A stretch of DNA of 64,000 nt from an uncultured Gammaproteobacteria bacterium (GCA_964540825.1 CAZINT010000001.1:284565-348564); one strand, 5' to 3'. Shown: positions 8,674-18,360, numbered from the stretch's first letter. Numbers and translations are program-made. Notes: generated from the letters alone by a model not told the origin.

Positions 8674-9906
8674 TTATGCTGCCATCCGGTCGTCAATAGT
8701 TGTCAACTTATCGGATTTTGTTCTAATTTTCTTTTTAAGGTCAATAAGCAGTTCAAGGCTGTTTAGTTTTCGCAAAGCTGCGCGTTCAGCGGCTGGATCA
8801 TTTTTTGCTTCTCGAGCAACGATTGCAGCTTCGGCAGCAGCTCCTCGCAAGGCAGTAAGTTCATTTAATGTAATGGTGTCAGGTGACCGACCTTCTAATT
8901 CTGGCACGTCACCAACATCAAGCTCGGCATTAAATTCTTTTTGCAAATCAAATACCTCATGAACGATATTTTCTGGAGCTTCAAGCGCGGCATCTAAAGC
9001 TTTGATATGACTTATGTTTTTAGCTTCTTTTGTGCTCTGTTGGGCCTGAACTTCTTGGAGCCTTTTAATTATACTCGTAAGGAGGTTGACTTGCTTCCGT
9101 TCAGGCGAGAATGCTTCATCTTTTCCGATACCTCTGATTTCTTCTTGTAAATAGGCTATTGCATCCTGCGTTTCTCCTTTGGCTATTTTGGTAAGTATGA
9201 GTTTTGTGTTAAGCAGTGATTTTTCAAGAACTTTTTTCTGCTCGCCCAATTGCTCAATGCGTGATTGTAATTGTTTTTCTTTACTTACAAATTTTTGTCT
9301 CGTCACAAGTTGGTCGGCAGGATCTGTTTTTCCGATCATCTCCTCCTGTAGAGCAATAGGAAGCGCCGCTATTTCATCCTTAAGCTCTTCTGCTTTTTTG
9401 TCAAAATTAGTGTTAATTGCTGTTTCTAAAGATTTTACCCGCTGTTCAAAAAAAGCAGCTGGATCATCCGGGTCTTTTCTTTCAAAGAATTCTCTTATCT
9501 GCTTATCAAGTTCGTCTTCCTCGCTTTTAAATTTTGCAGCTGCACTTTCAACCTTAGTTTTTAACGCCGATTCTTTTTGGGCTGCTCGTGCTTCTTGTTC
9601 AGCATCAAGCCTAAGACCTTGTTGGTCTGCAATAGCCTGTAAATCTACGAGTGTGCGCCCTGCTTCTTCGTCCAGAGTTTCGGCGGCAAGTTCTCCTTCG
9701 TGTTTTATGGCCTGAATCATTTCTGCGCCTTCACGAGCTGCAGCAGGTCCGTCTGGCATAGCTTCACTTTCCCGGGCCTCATTCGATTCAGCGCTCTTTG
9801 CCAAACCCCATTTTTCTAATTTATTTCGCAGCCAGCCTTTTTTTTCTGTCTTGAGTACTTTAACTTTGTCGGTAGAAGTTTGTTCGCGAGATTGCTCTTT
9901 GGGCAT
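8674..9906 (-). CDS. Hypothetical charged coiled-coil protein
   Basis: 410-aa ORF, E/K/A/L-rich, no recognised domain. Confidence 0.8.
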   Translation of the reverse strand: MPKEQSREQTSTDKVKVLKTEKKGWLRNKLEKWGLAKSAESNEARESEAMPDGPAAAREGAEMIQAIKHEGELAAETLDEEAGRTLVDLQAIADQQGLRLDAEQEARAAQKESALKTKVESAAAKFKSEEDELDKQIREFFERKDPDDPAAFFEQRVKSLETAINTNFDKKAEELKDEIAALPIALQEEMIGKTDPADQLVTRQKFVSKEKQLQSRIEQLGEQKKVLEKSLLNTKLILTKIAKGETQDAIAYLQEEIRGIGKDEAFSPERKQVNLLTSIIKRLQEVQAQQSTKEAKNISHIKALDAALEAPENIVHEVFDLQKEFNAELDVGDVPELEGRSPDTITLNELTALRGAAAEAAIVAREAKNDPAAERAALRKLNSLELLIDLKKKIRTKSDKLTTIDDRMAA

Positions 9907-9909
9907 ATT

Positions 9910-10098
9910 TTATAATTTATCAATTTTAGATTTAAGGATAGAAATTTTTTTTTGCTCAGCCTCCTTAATAAGTTCATTGATAATTTGAGATCGCTCTTCA
10001 CGCACTTCTTTTAACCCTGTTAAAAAAGCTGTCAGTGTCTGGTATGCTTGGCCAACAATGGCTTTAATTTGTTCGAATTTTGAAATATCCTCCGACAT
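9910..10098 (-). CDS. Small hypothetical helical protein
   Basis: Likely start ATG 10098 (MSEDISK...), ends 3 nt before the next gene. Confidence 0.6.
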   Translation of the reverse strand: MSEDISKFEQIKAIVGQAYQTLTAFLTGLKEVREERSQIINELIKEAEQKKISILKSKIDKL

Positions 10099-10203
10099 AT
10101 ATAACGATTTAGTACGGTTAGAATAGCACAAAATGAAGCTTTTTGCCAATACAATTGATTTATGTAACAAATCGTGCTATTTTAAAGCCAAATAACTAAT
10201 TAT

Positions 10204-11091
10204 ATGCCTGTTCACGAAATCCTTCTCTATTACAAATACGTCACCATCGAGGACCCGGAAGGGCTTCGCCTGGCACACATGGAACTCTGTAAACGCCTGG
10301 GCTTAAAGGGCCGTATTATTATTGCCAAAGAGGGGATTAACGGCACGGTTGAGGGGGTAGTAGAAAATACTCAGCAGTATATTGATATCATGCGCCAGGA
10401 CCCTCGTTTTGTTGATATGAATTTTAAACGAAGTAGTGGTACCGGCAACGCTTTTCCTAAACTATCTGTCAAAGTGCGGGGCGAGATTGTGAGTGGGCAC
10501 CTGAAGGCCGACGACTTGAATCCGAATGAAATTACGGGTAAGTATCTGTCTGCCGAAACGCTCCATGACTGGATTCAGAATGGCCGTGAATTTTATATCG
10601 TTGACATGCGCAACGACTACGAACACAAGTCAGGTCATTTTGCCGGCTCTATTTTGCCCCCGCTTGAAAATTTCCGTGACCTGCCTAAGGTATTGCCGGT
10701 GCTCAGCCATTTAAAGGATAAGACGATTGTAACGGTGTGTACGGGCGGCGTGCGCTGTGAAAAGGCTTCGGGTTTTTTGGTGAAGCATGGGTTTAAAGAT
10801 GTGTATCAGCTCCACAATGGCATTGTAACCTATATGGAAAAATATCCGGGCGAAGATTTCAAGGGCAGTTTATATGTTTTTGATGGACGTGTGACAATGG
10901 CCTTTGGTGAACATGAAGTTATTGGAAAATGTGAGAAATGTGGTAGGGCGAGTGAGCGCTATCTTAATTGCGGAAACCTTCGTTGTCACCGACATTTTAT
11001 TTGCTGCGAAACATGCGGGCCGCTCGAACGAGCGACACCCTGTTCGTTTGTGTGTCGTCTGCGCCTCGCGCTGAGCACAGTCCTTGCTTAA
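10204..11091 (+). CDS. trhO: Rhodanese-domain tRNA uridine(34) hydroxylase TrhO (YceA/UPF0176)
   Basis: LYYKY, GRIIIAKEGINGT, DMRNDYE, CTGGVRCEKAS, YVFDGR, Cys-rich C-terminus. Confidence 0.9.
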   Translation: MPVHEILLYYKYVTIEDPEGLRLAHMELCKRLGLKGRIIIAKEGINGTVEGVVENTQQYIDIMRQDPRFVDMNFKRSSGTGNAFPKLSVKVRGEIVSGHLKADDLNPNEITGKYLSAETLHDWIQNGREFYIVDMRNDYEHKSGHFAGSILPPLENFRDLPKVLPVLSHLKDKTIVTVCTGGVRCEKASGFLVKHGFKDVYQLHNGIVTYMEKYPGEDFKGSLYVFDGRVTMAFGEHEVIGKCEKCGRASERYLNCGNLRCHRHFICCETCGPLERATPCSFVCRLRLALSTVLA

Positions 11092-11144
11092 TCTTTGCTT
11101 CTTGTAGCGAAAAATGCTACACTATGCGTACTTAACCTCTCGGT

Positions 11145-11876
11145 ATGCTCTCAGGAATTTGGTATACGTTTCTTTATCAGCCCGTTTTTAACGCGCTGTT
11201 TTGGATTTATGCGCATGTTGCCGGGCAGAACTTGGGCTGGGCCGTTATTTGGCTGACCATTTTTTTGCGCATTATCTTGCTTCCCCTCAGTATTATTTCG
11301 GAACACAATAACACGAAGCAGCAAAAAATTGATGAAGAAATTGCGCGGCTGAAAACAGTTTACAAAAACGATTCTATTACTCAAAAAGAAGAAATTCGCC
11401 GAATGCTCAAAAAGCATTATGTGTCACCGTGGGCTCGTGTTATCGTGCTGTTAGTGCAGGTAGTCGTATTCTTTTTACTCTATCAAGTTTTCGTACGCGG
11501 TATCAGCGGCGAAAAAGTAATTAAGATTTTATATCCATTTGTTGAATTTCCGGGGGTTATTAACACTTCATTTTACGGCTTTAATATCGGGCTCCATCAC
11601 GATTATGTTTGGTCGGGGATTGTTGCTCTGTATGTGTTTGTTTCTATTCTGCTCGAGCAGCGCAAAAAGAAAACTAAAACCGAAAGTGCGGATGCGGTAT
11701 ACTTGATTTTATTTCCAACCTTTATTTTCTTTTTCCTGTGGTTTCTGCCCATGGTTAAAGCTTTATTTATTTTGACAACGCTGGTTTTTTCTGATATCGT
11801 AAAATTCATTAGTAAAGTTATTTTTGCTCCTAAAAAAGAGGCGCACGGGCATGATGACCATGGTGGCCATCATTAA
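11145..11876 (+). CDS. yidC: YidC/Oxa1 family membrane protein insertase (short form)
   Basis: NLGWAVIWLTIFLRIILLPL with conserved Arg, cytoplasmic hairpin, further TMs. Confidence 0.8.
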   Translation: MLSGIWYTFLYQPVFNALFWIYAHVAGQNLGWAVIWLTIFLRIILLPLSIISEHNNTKQQKIDEEIARLKTVYKNDSITQKEEIRRMLKKHYVSPWARVIVLLVQVVVFFLLYQVFVRGISGEKVIKILYPFVEFPGVINTSFYGFNIGLHHDYVWSGIVALYVFVSILLEQRKKKTKTESADAVYLILFPTFIFFFLWFLPMVKALFILTTLVFSDIVKFISKVIFAPKKEAHGHDDHGGHH

Positions 11877-11900
11877 ACTTTCGGAAATTAAATTTTTTGT

Positions 11901-12470
11901 ATGGCCGGAGATTCACTCGACAAACTGATGTACTCGTTCGTCGTCGAAGACGTACTCAAGGGATTGTTTATCTACGTTCCACCAGGTTATGTAGCGTGTG
12001 TCTACGATCTTGGTCGCGGAGTGCTTAAAAAAGTGTTGACTCCTGGACTGCATCTCAAAATTCCATTTTGGCAGAAAGCAAAATTATTTAATACCCAGAC
12101 ACTTGAATATAGTATTTCTCGTCAGTTTAATCCCGAGAACGAGCGTGCGATGGGCGATATCCCAACCGCCGCAGTAACCCAGGATGGTAAAAAGGTGGGA
12201 ACGGAAGGAACAATTCTGCTTCGCCTCGATGTTCATCAGATTCCATCGATTTGGCAAACGGTTGGTGAAGACTTTGTGGCCAAGATCGTTCGCCCCAGTA
12301 TTCGTAGTCGTATACGTATGGTTTTTAGCCGCTTTGATTATCAGGATATTATCGGCCCCAAGCGTGATCAGGTGGAAATGGAGCTTAAGAATGAACTGGA
12401 ACGCATTTTCTACGCTCGCGGCATTTACGTTGAAAATGTTTTATTAAGTGAGATTAGTCAGATACATTAA
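11901..12470 (+). CDS. SPFH/band-7/prohibitin domain protein
   Basis: VPPGYV, PGLHLKIPF, TQDG, RGIYVENVLL. Confidence 0.85.
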   Translation: MAGDSLDKLMYSFVVEDVLKGLFIYVPPGYVACVYDLGRGVLKKVLTPGLHLKIPFWQKAKLFNTQTLEYSISRQFNPENERAMGDIPTAAVTQDGKKVGTEGTILLRLDVHQIPSIWQTVGEDFVAKIVRPSIRSRIRMVFSRFDYQDIIGPKRDQVEMELKNELERIFYARGIYVENVLLSEISQIH

Positions 12471-12481
12471 TAAAAATATAC

Positions 12482-12513
12482 CAAAAAACAGACCTATTAA
12501 GGTCTGTTTTTTG
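12482..12513 (+). terminator. Intrinsic terminator
   Basis: CAAAAAACAGACCT-atta-AGGTCTGTTTTTTG. Confidence 0.8.
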
Positions 12514-12616
12514 TTCTGCCGACTGTGAATAAGTGGTTGTTTCAAGCCTGGAAGTTTTTTTGATTATTTGATAGGGTCTGTTTACCAAGGCCTCTAAAGG
12601 CTGGGAGTAACTAGAG

Positions 12617-12934
12617 ATGTTGGATCGAGAACCACCGGTGACCGGGTTTTTTTCTCGCAAGCAGCGCACGGCTCAAATCCGATTCGTTCGTGCTTCGCAT
12701 GGGGAGACGATCGTCTTCCTGCCGACGGGCACCAACCGGGATGAGTACCGAGTTTTCAAGGTTTTCAATGGGAGTGGCGGGTCTGAGATCTGTGGTGATG
12801 ACGCGGCCCGGCTCGTGCGCGAATGCCGTGCAACCTGGCAGCGTGGGTGGCTCACAGATTTCCACCAGCTGGCAGCGGTGATGGGTACGGGTGTGCCGCA
12901 CCAGCCAACGCCACCCAAGAAGTCGCGCAACTAA
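12617..12934 (+). CDS. GC-rich orphan protein
   Basis: GGGAG SD, 105 aa, followed by hairpins. Confidence 0.55.
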   Translation: MLDREPPVTGFFSRKQRTAQIRFVRASHGETIVFLPTGTNRDEYRVFKVFNGSGGSEICGDDAARLVRECRATWQRGWLTDFHQLAAVMGTGVPHQPTPPKKSRN

Positions 12935-13045
12935 GGGCTGAGCCTATCTGTTGCCTTTTTACCTCCCTATATTTGGAAAAGTCAAAGGGAGTGTGCCTAT
13001 AGTGTTTTACTAAAGACACGACAGGCATCCCTTTGATGTGGTAAT

Positions 13046-13071
13046 AAATAACCCTTTCCCGGGGTTATTTT
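13046..13071 (+). terminator. Intrinsic terminator
   Basis: AAATAACCC...GGGTTATTTT. Confidence 0.65.
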
Positions 13072-13091
13072 AATTTGTGCATAACTTTTTC

Positions 13092-13120
13092 TTGACGCCT
13101 GTAGAGGGGGCTGGTATATT
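13092..13120 (+). promoter_or_regulatory. Sigma70 promoter of heat-shock locus
   Basis: TTGACG-17 bp-TATATT with TGn extension. Confidence 0.75.
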
Positions 13121-13145
13121 ATCACTCGTATACAGTGAGTGATAA
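13119..13145 (+). promoter_or_regulatory. CIRCE operator (variant)
   Basis: TTATCACTC-N9-GAGTGATAA perfect inverted repeat directly upstream of hrcA. Confidence 0.9.
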
Positions 13146-13171
13146 ATTAGCCTCCTCGGAGGAAAAGTGTT

Positions 13172-13855
13172 ATGGACGCTCGACCTGAAAAACTATTAAC
13201 CCTGGTAATTGAACATTATGTCGAAACTGCCGAACCGGTAGGTTCGAGATTTTTGGTTGATAAGGGCAATTTGGAGTGGAGCGAAGCGACGGTGCGTAAT
13301 GAACTACGGGCACTTGAAGAAGCGGGGTATCTTACTCACCCACATACTTCGGCTGGGCGCATTCCAACGCAGCAAGGATATCACTACTATATCGAACGTC
13401 TTAATTTGACTGCTGCGGAAGCAACAAAGGCGGCAGAAAAAAAATTAGCATCAGTCTTAGAAACAATCGGTGACTACGAACAAGCGCGCAAAGGAATTGC
13501 TAAAGCCCTTGTAGAGCTTGCGGATCAAACAGTGATGGTCGCTTTTTCCCCAGACAAAGTCTACTACACTGGCCTTAGTAATTTGTTCCAAAAACCGGAC
13601 TTTGCCGAGATGAATTTGGTCGCCGATATTTCTGCGATGTTCGATCGCTGCGAAGAAGCTCTTGAAGCGTTCGCGCCGCGTGTGACGGATATAAATTATT
13701 TTATTGGCACACAGCACCCCTTTGGACGCCTTCTCAGTGTGCTCGCGATACGGTTTGGGAAAGATAATCAATCACTTTTACTCATGCTTGGGCCCCAACG
13801 CATGGATTATTACAAAAATTGGGGACTCATGAAAAAGGTAAAAGAACTGATTTAA
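13172..13855 (+). CDS. hrcA: Heat-inducible transcription repressor HrcA (short form)
   Basis: EPVGS, SEATVRNEL..LE..GYL.HPHTSAGRIPT..GY, GPQRMDY; upstream of grpE. Confidence 0.93.
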   Translation: MDARPEKLLTLVIEHYVETAEPVGSRFLVDKGNLEWSEATVRNELRALEEAGYLTHPHTSAGRIPTQQGYHYYIERLNLTAAEATKAAEKKLASVLETIGDYEQARKGIAKALVELADQTVMVAFSPDKVYYTGLSNLFQKPDFAEMNLVADISAMFDRCEEALEAFAPRVTDINYFIGTQHPFGRLLSVLAIRFGKDNQSLLLMLGPQRMDYYKNWGLMKKVKELI

Positions 13856-13874
13856 ATTGCTAAATTGTTAGTGT

Positions 13875-14417
13875 ATGAACGATGACCAAATTAAAGATGA
13901 ATTACCTGATACAAATGAATTACATTCAGAAACCGGGCAGCAGGAACAAATCGAACCGGGCGATACGCTGCAAAAACAAATGGAAGAATATAAGCTTGGT
14001 TGGCAGCGCGCCTTGGCCGATTATCAAAATTTACAAAAAGAAACGGCTGCCAGACGGGCTGAACTTGTTAGTATGAGTGAGCAGCAGATTGTGGAAGAGT
14101 TTATTCCGGTCTACGATAATTTCAAAAAAGCCTATTCGTTTCACCCCGAAGTTGATGATTCAGCCGAAGGTAAGAAAATTCAGAATTGGATTACAGGTAT
14201 TAGTTTTATCATGAAACAATTCGGGGACGTTCTTAAGTCATACAAAGTGGAAGAAATTAAAACAGTTGGCGAAAAATTAGATACCCGTTTTCACGAAGCG
14301 GCCGGTGAAGAAGCTGTAGAAGGTCAGGAATCCGGAACGATTGTCAGGGAAGTTGATGGGGGGTACACGATGAGCGGGCGAGTCATTAAACCTGCTAAAG
14401 TAATTATTGCAAAGTAA
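13875..14417 (+). CDS. grpE: Nucleotide exchange factor GrpE
   Basis: RALADYQN, PVYDNF, HEA, GY.MSGRVIKPAKV. Confidence 0.95.
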   Translation: MNDDQIKDELPDTNELHSETGQQEQIEPGDTLQKQMEEYKLGWQRALADYQNLQKETAARRAELVSMSEQQIVEEFIPVYDNFKKAYSFHPEVDDSAEGKKIQNWITGISFIMKQFGDVLKSYKVEEIKTVGEKLDTRFHEAAGEEAVEGQESGTIVREVDGGYTMSGRVIKPAKVIIAK

Positions 14418-14423
14418 TACTAT

Positions 14424-14744
14424 ATGTCTCTTTTTTGTGAACGCACAGAAACGCCGACCGAAGTGATTGTTACCTACAAATACCGAGCTCTGTATTATAT
14501 AGTATTTTTTGGAGCCCTGGTTTTGTCGACACTCGGTCAGAGGCTAGTGCCGGATACGCTTATACTTGAACTCGTTGCGTCGTTTGGTCCGGTGGCAGTC
14601 ATAGTCATATTTTGGGCAGTCTATTTCATAGATACGTGGAGCGTAAACCGAGAAGTTCGCCAGGCTATGAAAAACCAAAAAGTCGCTATCAGCGGCAACA
14701 AGTTTTCCTTTGCTAATCCCTTCACAGTAACAATTACCAAATAA
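14424..14744 (+). CDS. Hypothetical two-TM membrane protein
   Basis: 106-aa ORF with two hydrophobic segments, in operon spacing. Confidence 0.7.
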   Translation: MSLFCERTETPTEVIVTYKYRALYYIVFFGALVLSTLGQRLVPDTLILELVASFGPVAVIVIFWAVYFIDTWSVNREVRQAMKNQKVAISGNKFSFANPFTVTITK

Positions 14745-14771
14745 AAAATTTTATTCTTAATTTTTTATTCT

Positions 14772-15200
14772 ATGTCTCTTATACGCTATATCCCCAGTGA
14801 CGTGTTCGGCGAAATGGACGATATGTTCGGCAGTATGGCGCCGATGATTCCAAATGCGCCAAAGGCTTTCATGCCGGCGATCAATATGTACGAAACGGAG
14901 AACGCTGTGGTTGTGGAAGCCCCGCTTGCTGGAGTCCGCCCGGAAGATGTACAAGTCAGTGTCCAAAAAGGATTACTTATTTTGAAAGGCGAAAGCAACA
15001 AAGAACGCGAGATTGAAGAAAAAAATTATTACCGCAAAGAAATTCGCAGTGGTTCGTTTTACCGCGAAGTTGCTCTGCCAACATCGGTTGTGGAAAACGA
15101 AGTGAGCGCCGAATTTGCCGATGGCATGCTGAAGGTTACGGCGCCAAAAGCTCAAGCCGTTATGCCAAAGAAAATTGAGGTGAAGGTGACGAAGAAATAA
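14772..15200 (+). CDS. Small heat-shock protein Hsp20/alpha-crystallin
   Basis: PAINMYET, LAGVRPEDV, GSFYREVALP, FADGMLKV. Confidence 0.95.
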   Translation: MSLIRYIPSDVFGEMDDMFGSMAPMIPNAPKAFMPAINMYETENAVVVEAPLAGVRPEDVQVSVQKGLLILKGESNKEREIEEKNYYRKEIRSGSFYREVALPTSVVENEVSAEFADGMLKVTAPKAQAVMPKKIEVKVTKK

Positions 15201-15233
15201 TTTGTTATTTTGAATGGCAGCCTCTAATTCGTG

Positions 15234-15263
15234 GTATTACCGCGCAGGCGGGAATCCAGGGTT
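15234..15263. repeat. dRS3/REP-like palindromic element, copy 1
   Basis: ATTACCGCGCAGGCGGGAATCCAGGGTT, 27/28 identical to 57289-57316. Confidence 0.75.
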
Positions 15264-15328
15264 AGGCTGCTGATTCAGAACGACATGTTCTGACAAGTTC
15301 GTTTACAAACTTTTTGCCTGAGGGTGCC

Positions 15329-16012
15329 ATGCAAGATTCAAAGTACCTTCGGCTCATCACGGGCCTGTTCGTCACCATCCTGGTCTTGTCGAACATCATC
15401 GGCGGCAAGATGGTTATGATCGCGGGAGTCAGCTTTTCCGCGGTGCTCATCGTCTTTCCAATCAGCTACATCATCGGTGACGTGCTCACCGAGGTGTACG
15501 GCTATGGAGCCGATAGGCGGATGATCTGGACAGGGTTTCTGTGCAACGCGCTCGCGGTCATCACGATCGAGATCGCGGTCAGCCTTCCGTCAGCCCCGTT
15601 CTACTACGGGCAACCTGCCTACGCTGCAGTTCTTGGGCAAAGCCCGCGCCTCCTGGTAGCTTCTTTTATCGCGTACCTGGTGGGCGGCTTTCTCAACGGG
15701 TTCATCCTTGCCAAGATGAAGATCTATGCGCAAGGTGAAAAGCTGTGGCAGCGCACGATCGGTTCAACCCTCGTGAGCCAGGCAGCTGACACGATCATTT
15801 TCAACGTCGTGGCGTTCGCTGGCATGTGGTTTGTCCCCCAGGTGTTCGCCTGGAGCCACATCGGGGCGATCGCGCTGACCGAGTGGAGCATCAAGTGCGG
15901 ATTCGAAATTCTGGCGACCCCCGTGACGTACGCCGTCGTTCGCTTACTGAAGCGCAGGGAAGGGCTCGACGTCTACGACTACAGGACTGACTTCAACCCA
16001 CTCAAGATCTGA
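15329..16012 (+). CDS. yhhQ: Queuosine precursor transporter (YhhQ/VUT, DUF165)
   Basis: SNII, FPISYIIGDVLTEVYG, SFIAYL, RTIGST.VSQ.ADT, DFNP; start ATG 15329. Confidence 0.9.
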   Translation: MQDSKYLRLITGLFVTILVLSNIIGGKMVMIAGVSFSAVLIVFPISYIIGDVLTEVYGYGADRRMIWTGFLCNALAVITIEIAVSLPSAPFYYGQPAYAAVLGQSPRLLVASFIAYLVGGFLNGFILAKMKIYAQGEKLWQRTIGSTLVSQAADTIIFNVVAFAGMWFVPQVFAWSHIGAIALTEWSIKCGFEILATPVTYAVVRLLKRREGLDVYDYRTDFNPLKI

Positions 16013-16135
16013 TCTTTTTTCACACCCTGCCTCATGGCTCACTTTGCAGCTGCTTCTTGAGCCATGAGCTGACTGAATTTAAAGTTCTTTGTTAGATTTT
16101 TAGAAGATTATTGCGTTTTAAATATATAATAAAGT

Positions 16136-16393
16136 ATGAATAAAAAAATTACTCTTAAAGAATGGAAAGAAATGGGAGTTGAGATTAAGGAAATACGTAA
16201 AAAAATGATGGACCTTCATATTTTGTTGGTAAAAAATTTTTCAAAAAATATTTATGCTAGTCAGTTAGAAAAAATTAAAAAATCTTTTGATGAATTAAGG
16301 TGTCAGCTGGACGATGCTGTCTGTAGTGAATTTCCACACACTGATGATAAAGAAGTTTTAACTATTTTTTATGGTAAGAATGAGAAAGAATAG
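16136..16393 (+). CDS. AT-rich small hypothetical protein
   Basis: 85-aa ORF filling the gap before dnaK. Confidence 0.6.
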   Translation: MNKKITLKEWKEMGVEIKEIRKKMMDLHILLVKNFSKNIYASQLEKIKKSFDELRCQLDDAVCSEFPHTDDKEVLTIFYGKNEKE

Positions 16394-16435
16394 ATTGTAA
16401 TTTTAAATAATCTTACTAATTAATCACATTTATAT

Positions 16436-18346
16436 ATGAGCAAAGTACTTGGAATCGACCTTGGAACAACCAATTCCTGTGTCGCAATTATCGAAGGAGG
16501 ACAACCAAAAGTATTGGAAAACAAAGAAGGAGCCCGCACCACCCCATCGGTTGTCGCGATGAGTAAAAGCGGGGAGCGCCTCGTGGGCCAGCTCTCCAAG
16601 CGCCAGGCCGTAACGAACCCTGAAAACACGCTCTATTCCATTAAGCGCCTGATTGGCCGCAAGTGGGAAGATGCGGAAGTGCAGCGCGACCTTAAACTCA
16701 TGCCGTACAAAATCGTAAAAAGCGGTGAAGGCGTGAAAGTGCTCTTGCAGGGTAAAGAATATTCGCCACAAGAAATTTCGGCCATGGTTTTGCAAAAATT
16801 AAAAGCCGATGCGGAAGAACGTTTGGGCGAAAAAGTAACTGAAGCGGTGATTACCGTTCCAGCCTACTTTGATGATGCGCAGCGCCAGGCTACCAAAGAC
16901 GCCGGTGAAATTGCCGGTCTCAAAGTTTTGCGTATTATTAACGAACCAACTGCCGCTGCCCTTGCCTACGGTTTTGATAAGAAAAAAGATCAGAAGATCG
17001 TAGTGTACGATCTTGGTGGTGGTACGTTTGATGTATCTGTCCTTGAAGTTAGTGAAGACTCGGTACAGGTACTTTCCACGAATGGTGATACGCACCTCGG
17101 CGGTGACGACTTTGATCAGAAAATTATTCAGTGGATTATCGATGAATTCAATAAGACTGAAGGTATTGATCTTGGTAAAGATCCGCTTGCTTTGCAGCGT
17201 ATTAAAGAAGCAGCTGAGAAAGCGAAGATTGAATTATCGACTGCCCAGGAAAGTGAAATTAACCAGCCGTTTATTACATCCGGTGCATCAGGCCCTAAGC
17301 ACCTCATGATGAAATTGACGCGCGCCAAACTCGAGGAATTGGTTGGCGGATTGGTTGACCAGACCATGGGCCCAGTCAAACGCGCCCTTGAAGACGCCAA
17401 ACTTTCAACCGGTGACATTCAGGAAATTGTGATGGTGGGTGGTATGACGCGCATGCCGCTTGTTCTCCAGGCTGTTGAAAAATATTTTGGCAAGAAACCA
17501 AACATTACCGTGAACCCTGACGAAGTGGTGGCCGTTGGTGCGGCTGTACAGGGTGGTGTATTACACGGCGATGTTAAGGATGTATTACTCCTCGACGTTA
17601 CGCCGCTGTCCTTAGGTATTGAAACCATGGGCGGTGTGATGACCAAACTGATTGAGCGCAATACGACAATTCCGGCCAGCAAGTCTCAGGTCTTCTCAAC
17701 CGCGGTTGATAATCAGCCAAGTGTGGAGATTGTTGTTCTGCAGGGTGAACGCCCAATGGCTGCTGATAACAAAACACTCGGCCGCTTTATCCTGAGTGAC
17801 ATTCCACCAGCTCCACGCGGTGTACCACAGGTAGAAGTTACCTTTGATATCGATGCTAACGGTATCTTGAATGTTAAAGCCAAGGACAAAGCCACCAATA
17901 AAGAACAATCAATTCGTATTGAAGCTTCAAGCGGTCTCTCCAAAGAGGAAATCGAACGCATGAAGAAAGATGCTGAAGCGCATGCTGATGAAGACAAGAA
18001 ACGCCAGGAACTGATCGAGGCCCGCAACATTGCCGACAGTATGGTGTATACTACCGAGAAGATGATGAAAGAAGTGGAAGAAAAGAAAGTGGCGATTACC
18101 GATGATGAAAAAAAGAAAGTGGAAGAAGGTCTCGCTAAGGTAAAAGAAGTGAAAGACAAAGACGATGTAGAAGCAATTAAGAAAGCCGCAGACGAGCTCT
18201 CAACTGCTGCCCAGGCCGTTGGCACCAAGATGTATGCTGCCAGCCAGCCACAACCAGGCGCGCAGCCAGAAGGCGGCGCCCCAGGCGCTGAGCCAAAGAA
18301 AGACGAGGGCCCAATTGAGGGTGAAGTCGTGGATGATAAGAAATAA
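16436..18346 (+). CDS. dnaK: Chaperone DnaK (Hsp70)
   Basis: [30 protein letters not shown]. Confidence 0.99.
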   Translation: MSKVLGIDLGTTNSCVAIIEGGQPKVLENKEGARTTPSVVAMSKSGERLVGQLSKRQAVTNPENTLYSIKRLIGRKWEDAEVQRDLKLMPYKIVKSGEGVKVLLQGKEYSPQEISAMVLQKLKADAEERLGEKVTEAVITVPAYFDDAQRQATKDAGEIAGLKVLRIINEPTAAALAYGFDKKKDQKIVVYDLGGGTFDVSVLEVSEDSVQVLSTNGDTHLGGDDFDQKIIQWIIDEFNKTEGIDLGKDPLALQRIKEAAEKAKIELSTAQESEINQPFITSGASGPKHLMMKLTRAKLEELVGGLVDQTMGPVKRALEDAKLSTGDIQEIVMVGGMTRMPLVLQAVEKYFGKKPNITVNPDEVVAVGAAVQGGVLHGDVKDVLLLDVTPLSLGIETMGGVMTKLIERNTTIPASKSQVFSTAVDNQPSVEIVVLQGERPMAADNKTLGRFILSDIPPAPRGVPQVEVTFDIDANGILNVKAKDKATNKEQSIRIEASSGLSKEEIERMKKDAEAHADEDKKRQELIEARNIADSMVYTTEKMMKEVEEKKVAITDDEKKKVEEGLAKVKEVKDKDDVEAIKKAADELSTAAQAVGTKMYAASQPQPGAQPEGGAPGAEPKKDEGPIEGEVVDDKK

Positions 18347-18360
18347 TCAGATTTAAACAG

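Noticed and set aside
15201-15328. preQ1 riboswitch upstream of yhhQ
   Set aside because: No recognisable short stem with A-rich tail; the structure is explained by the repeat-containing hairpin.
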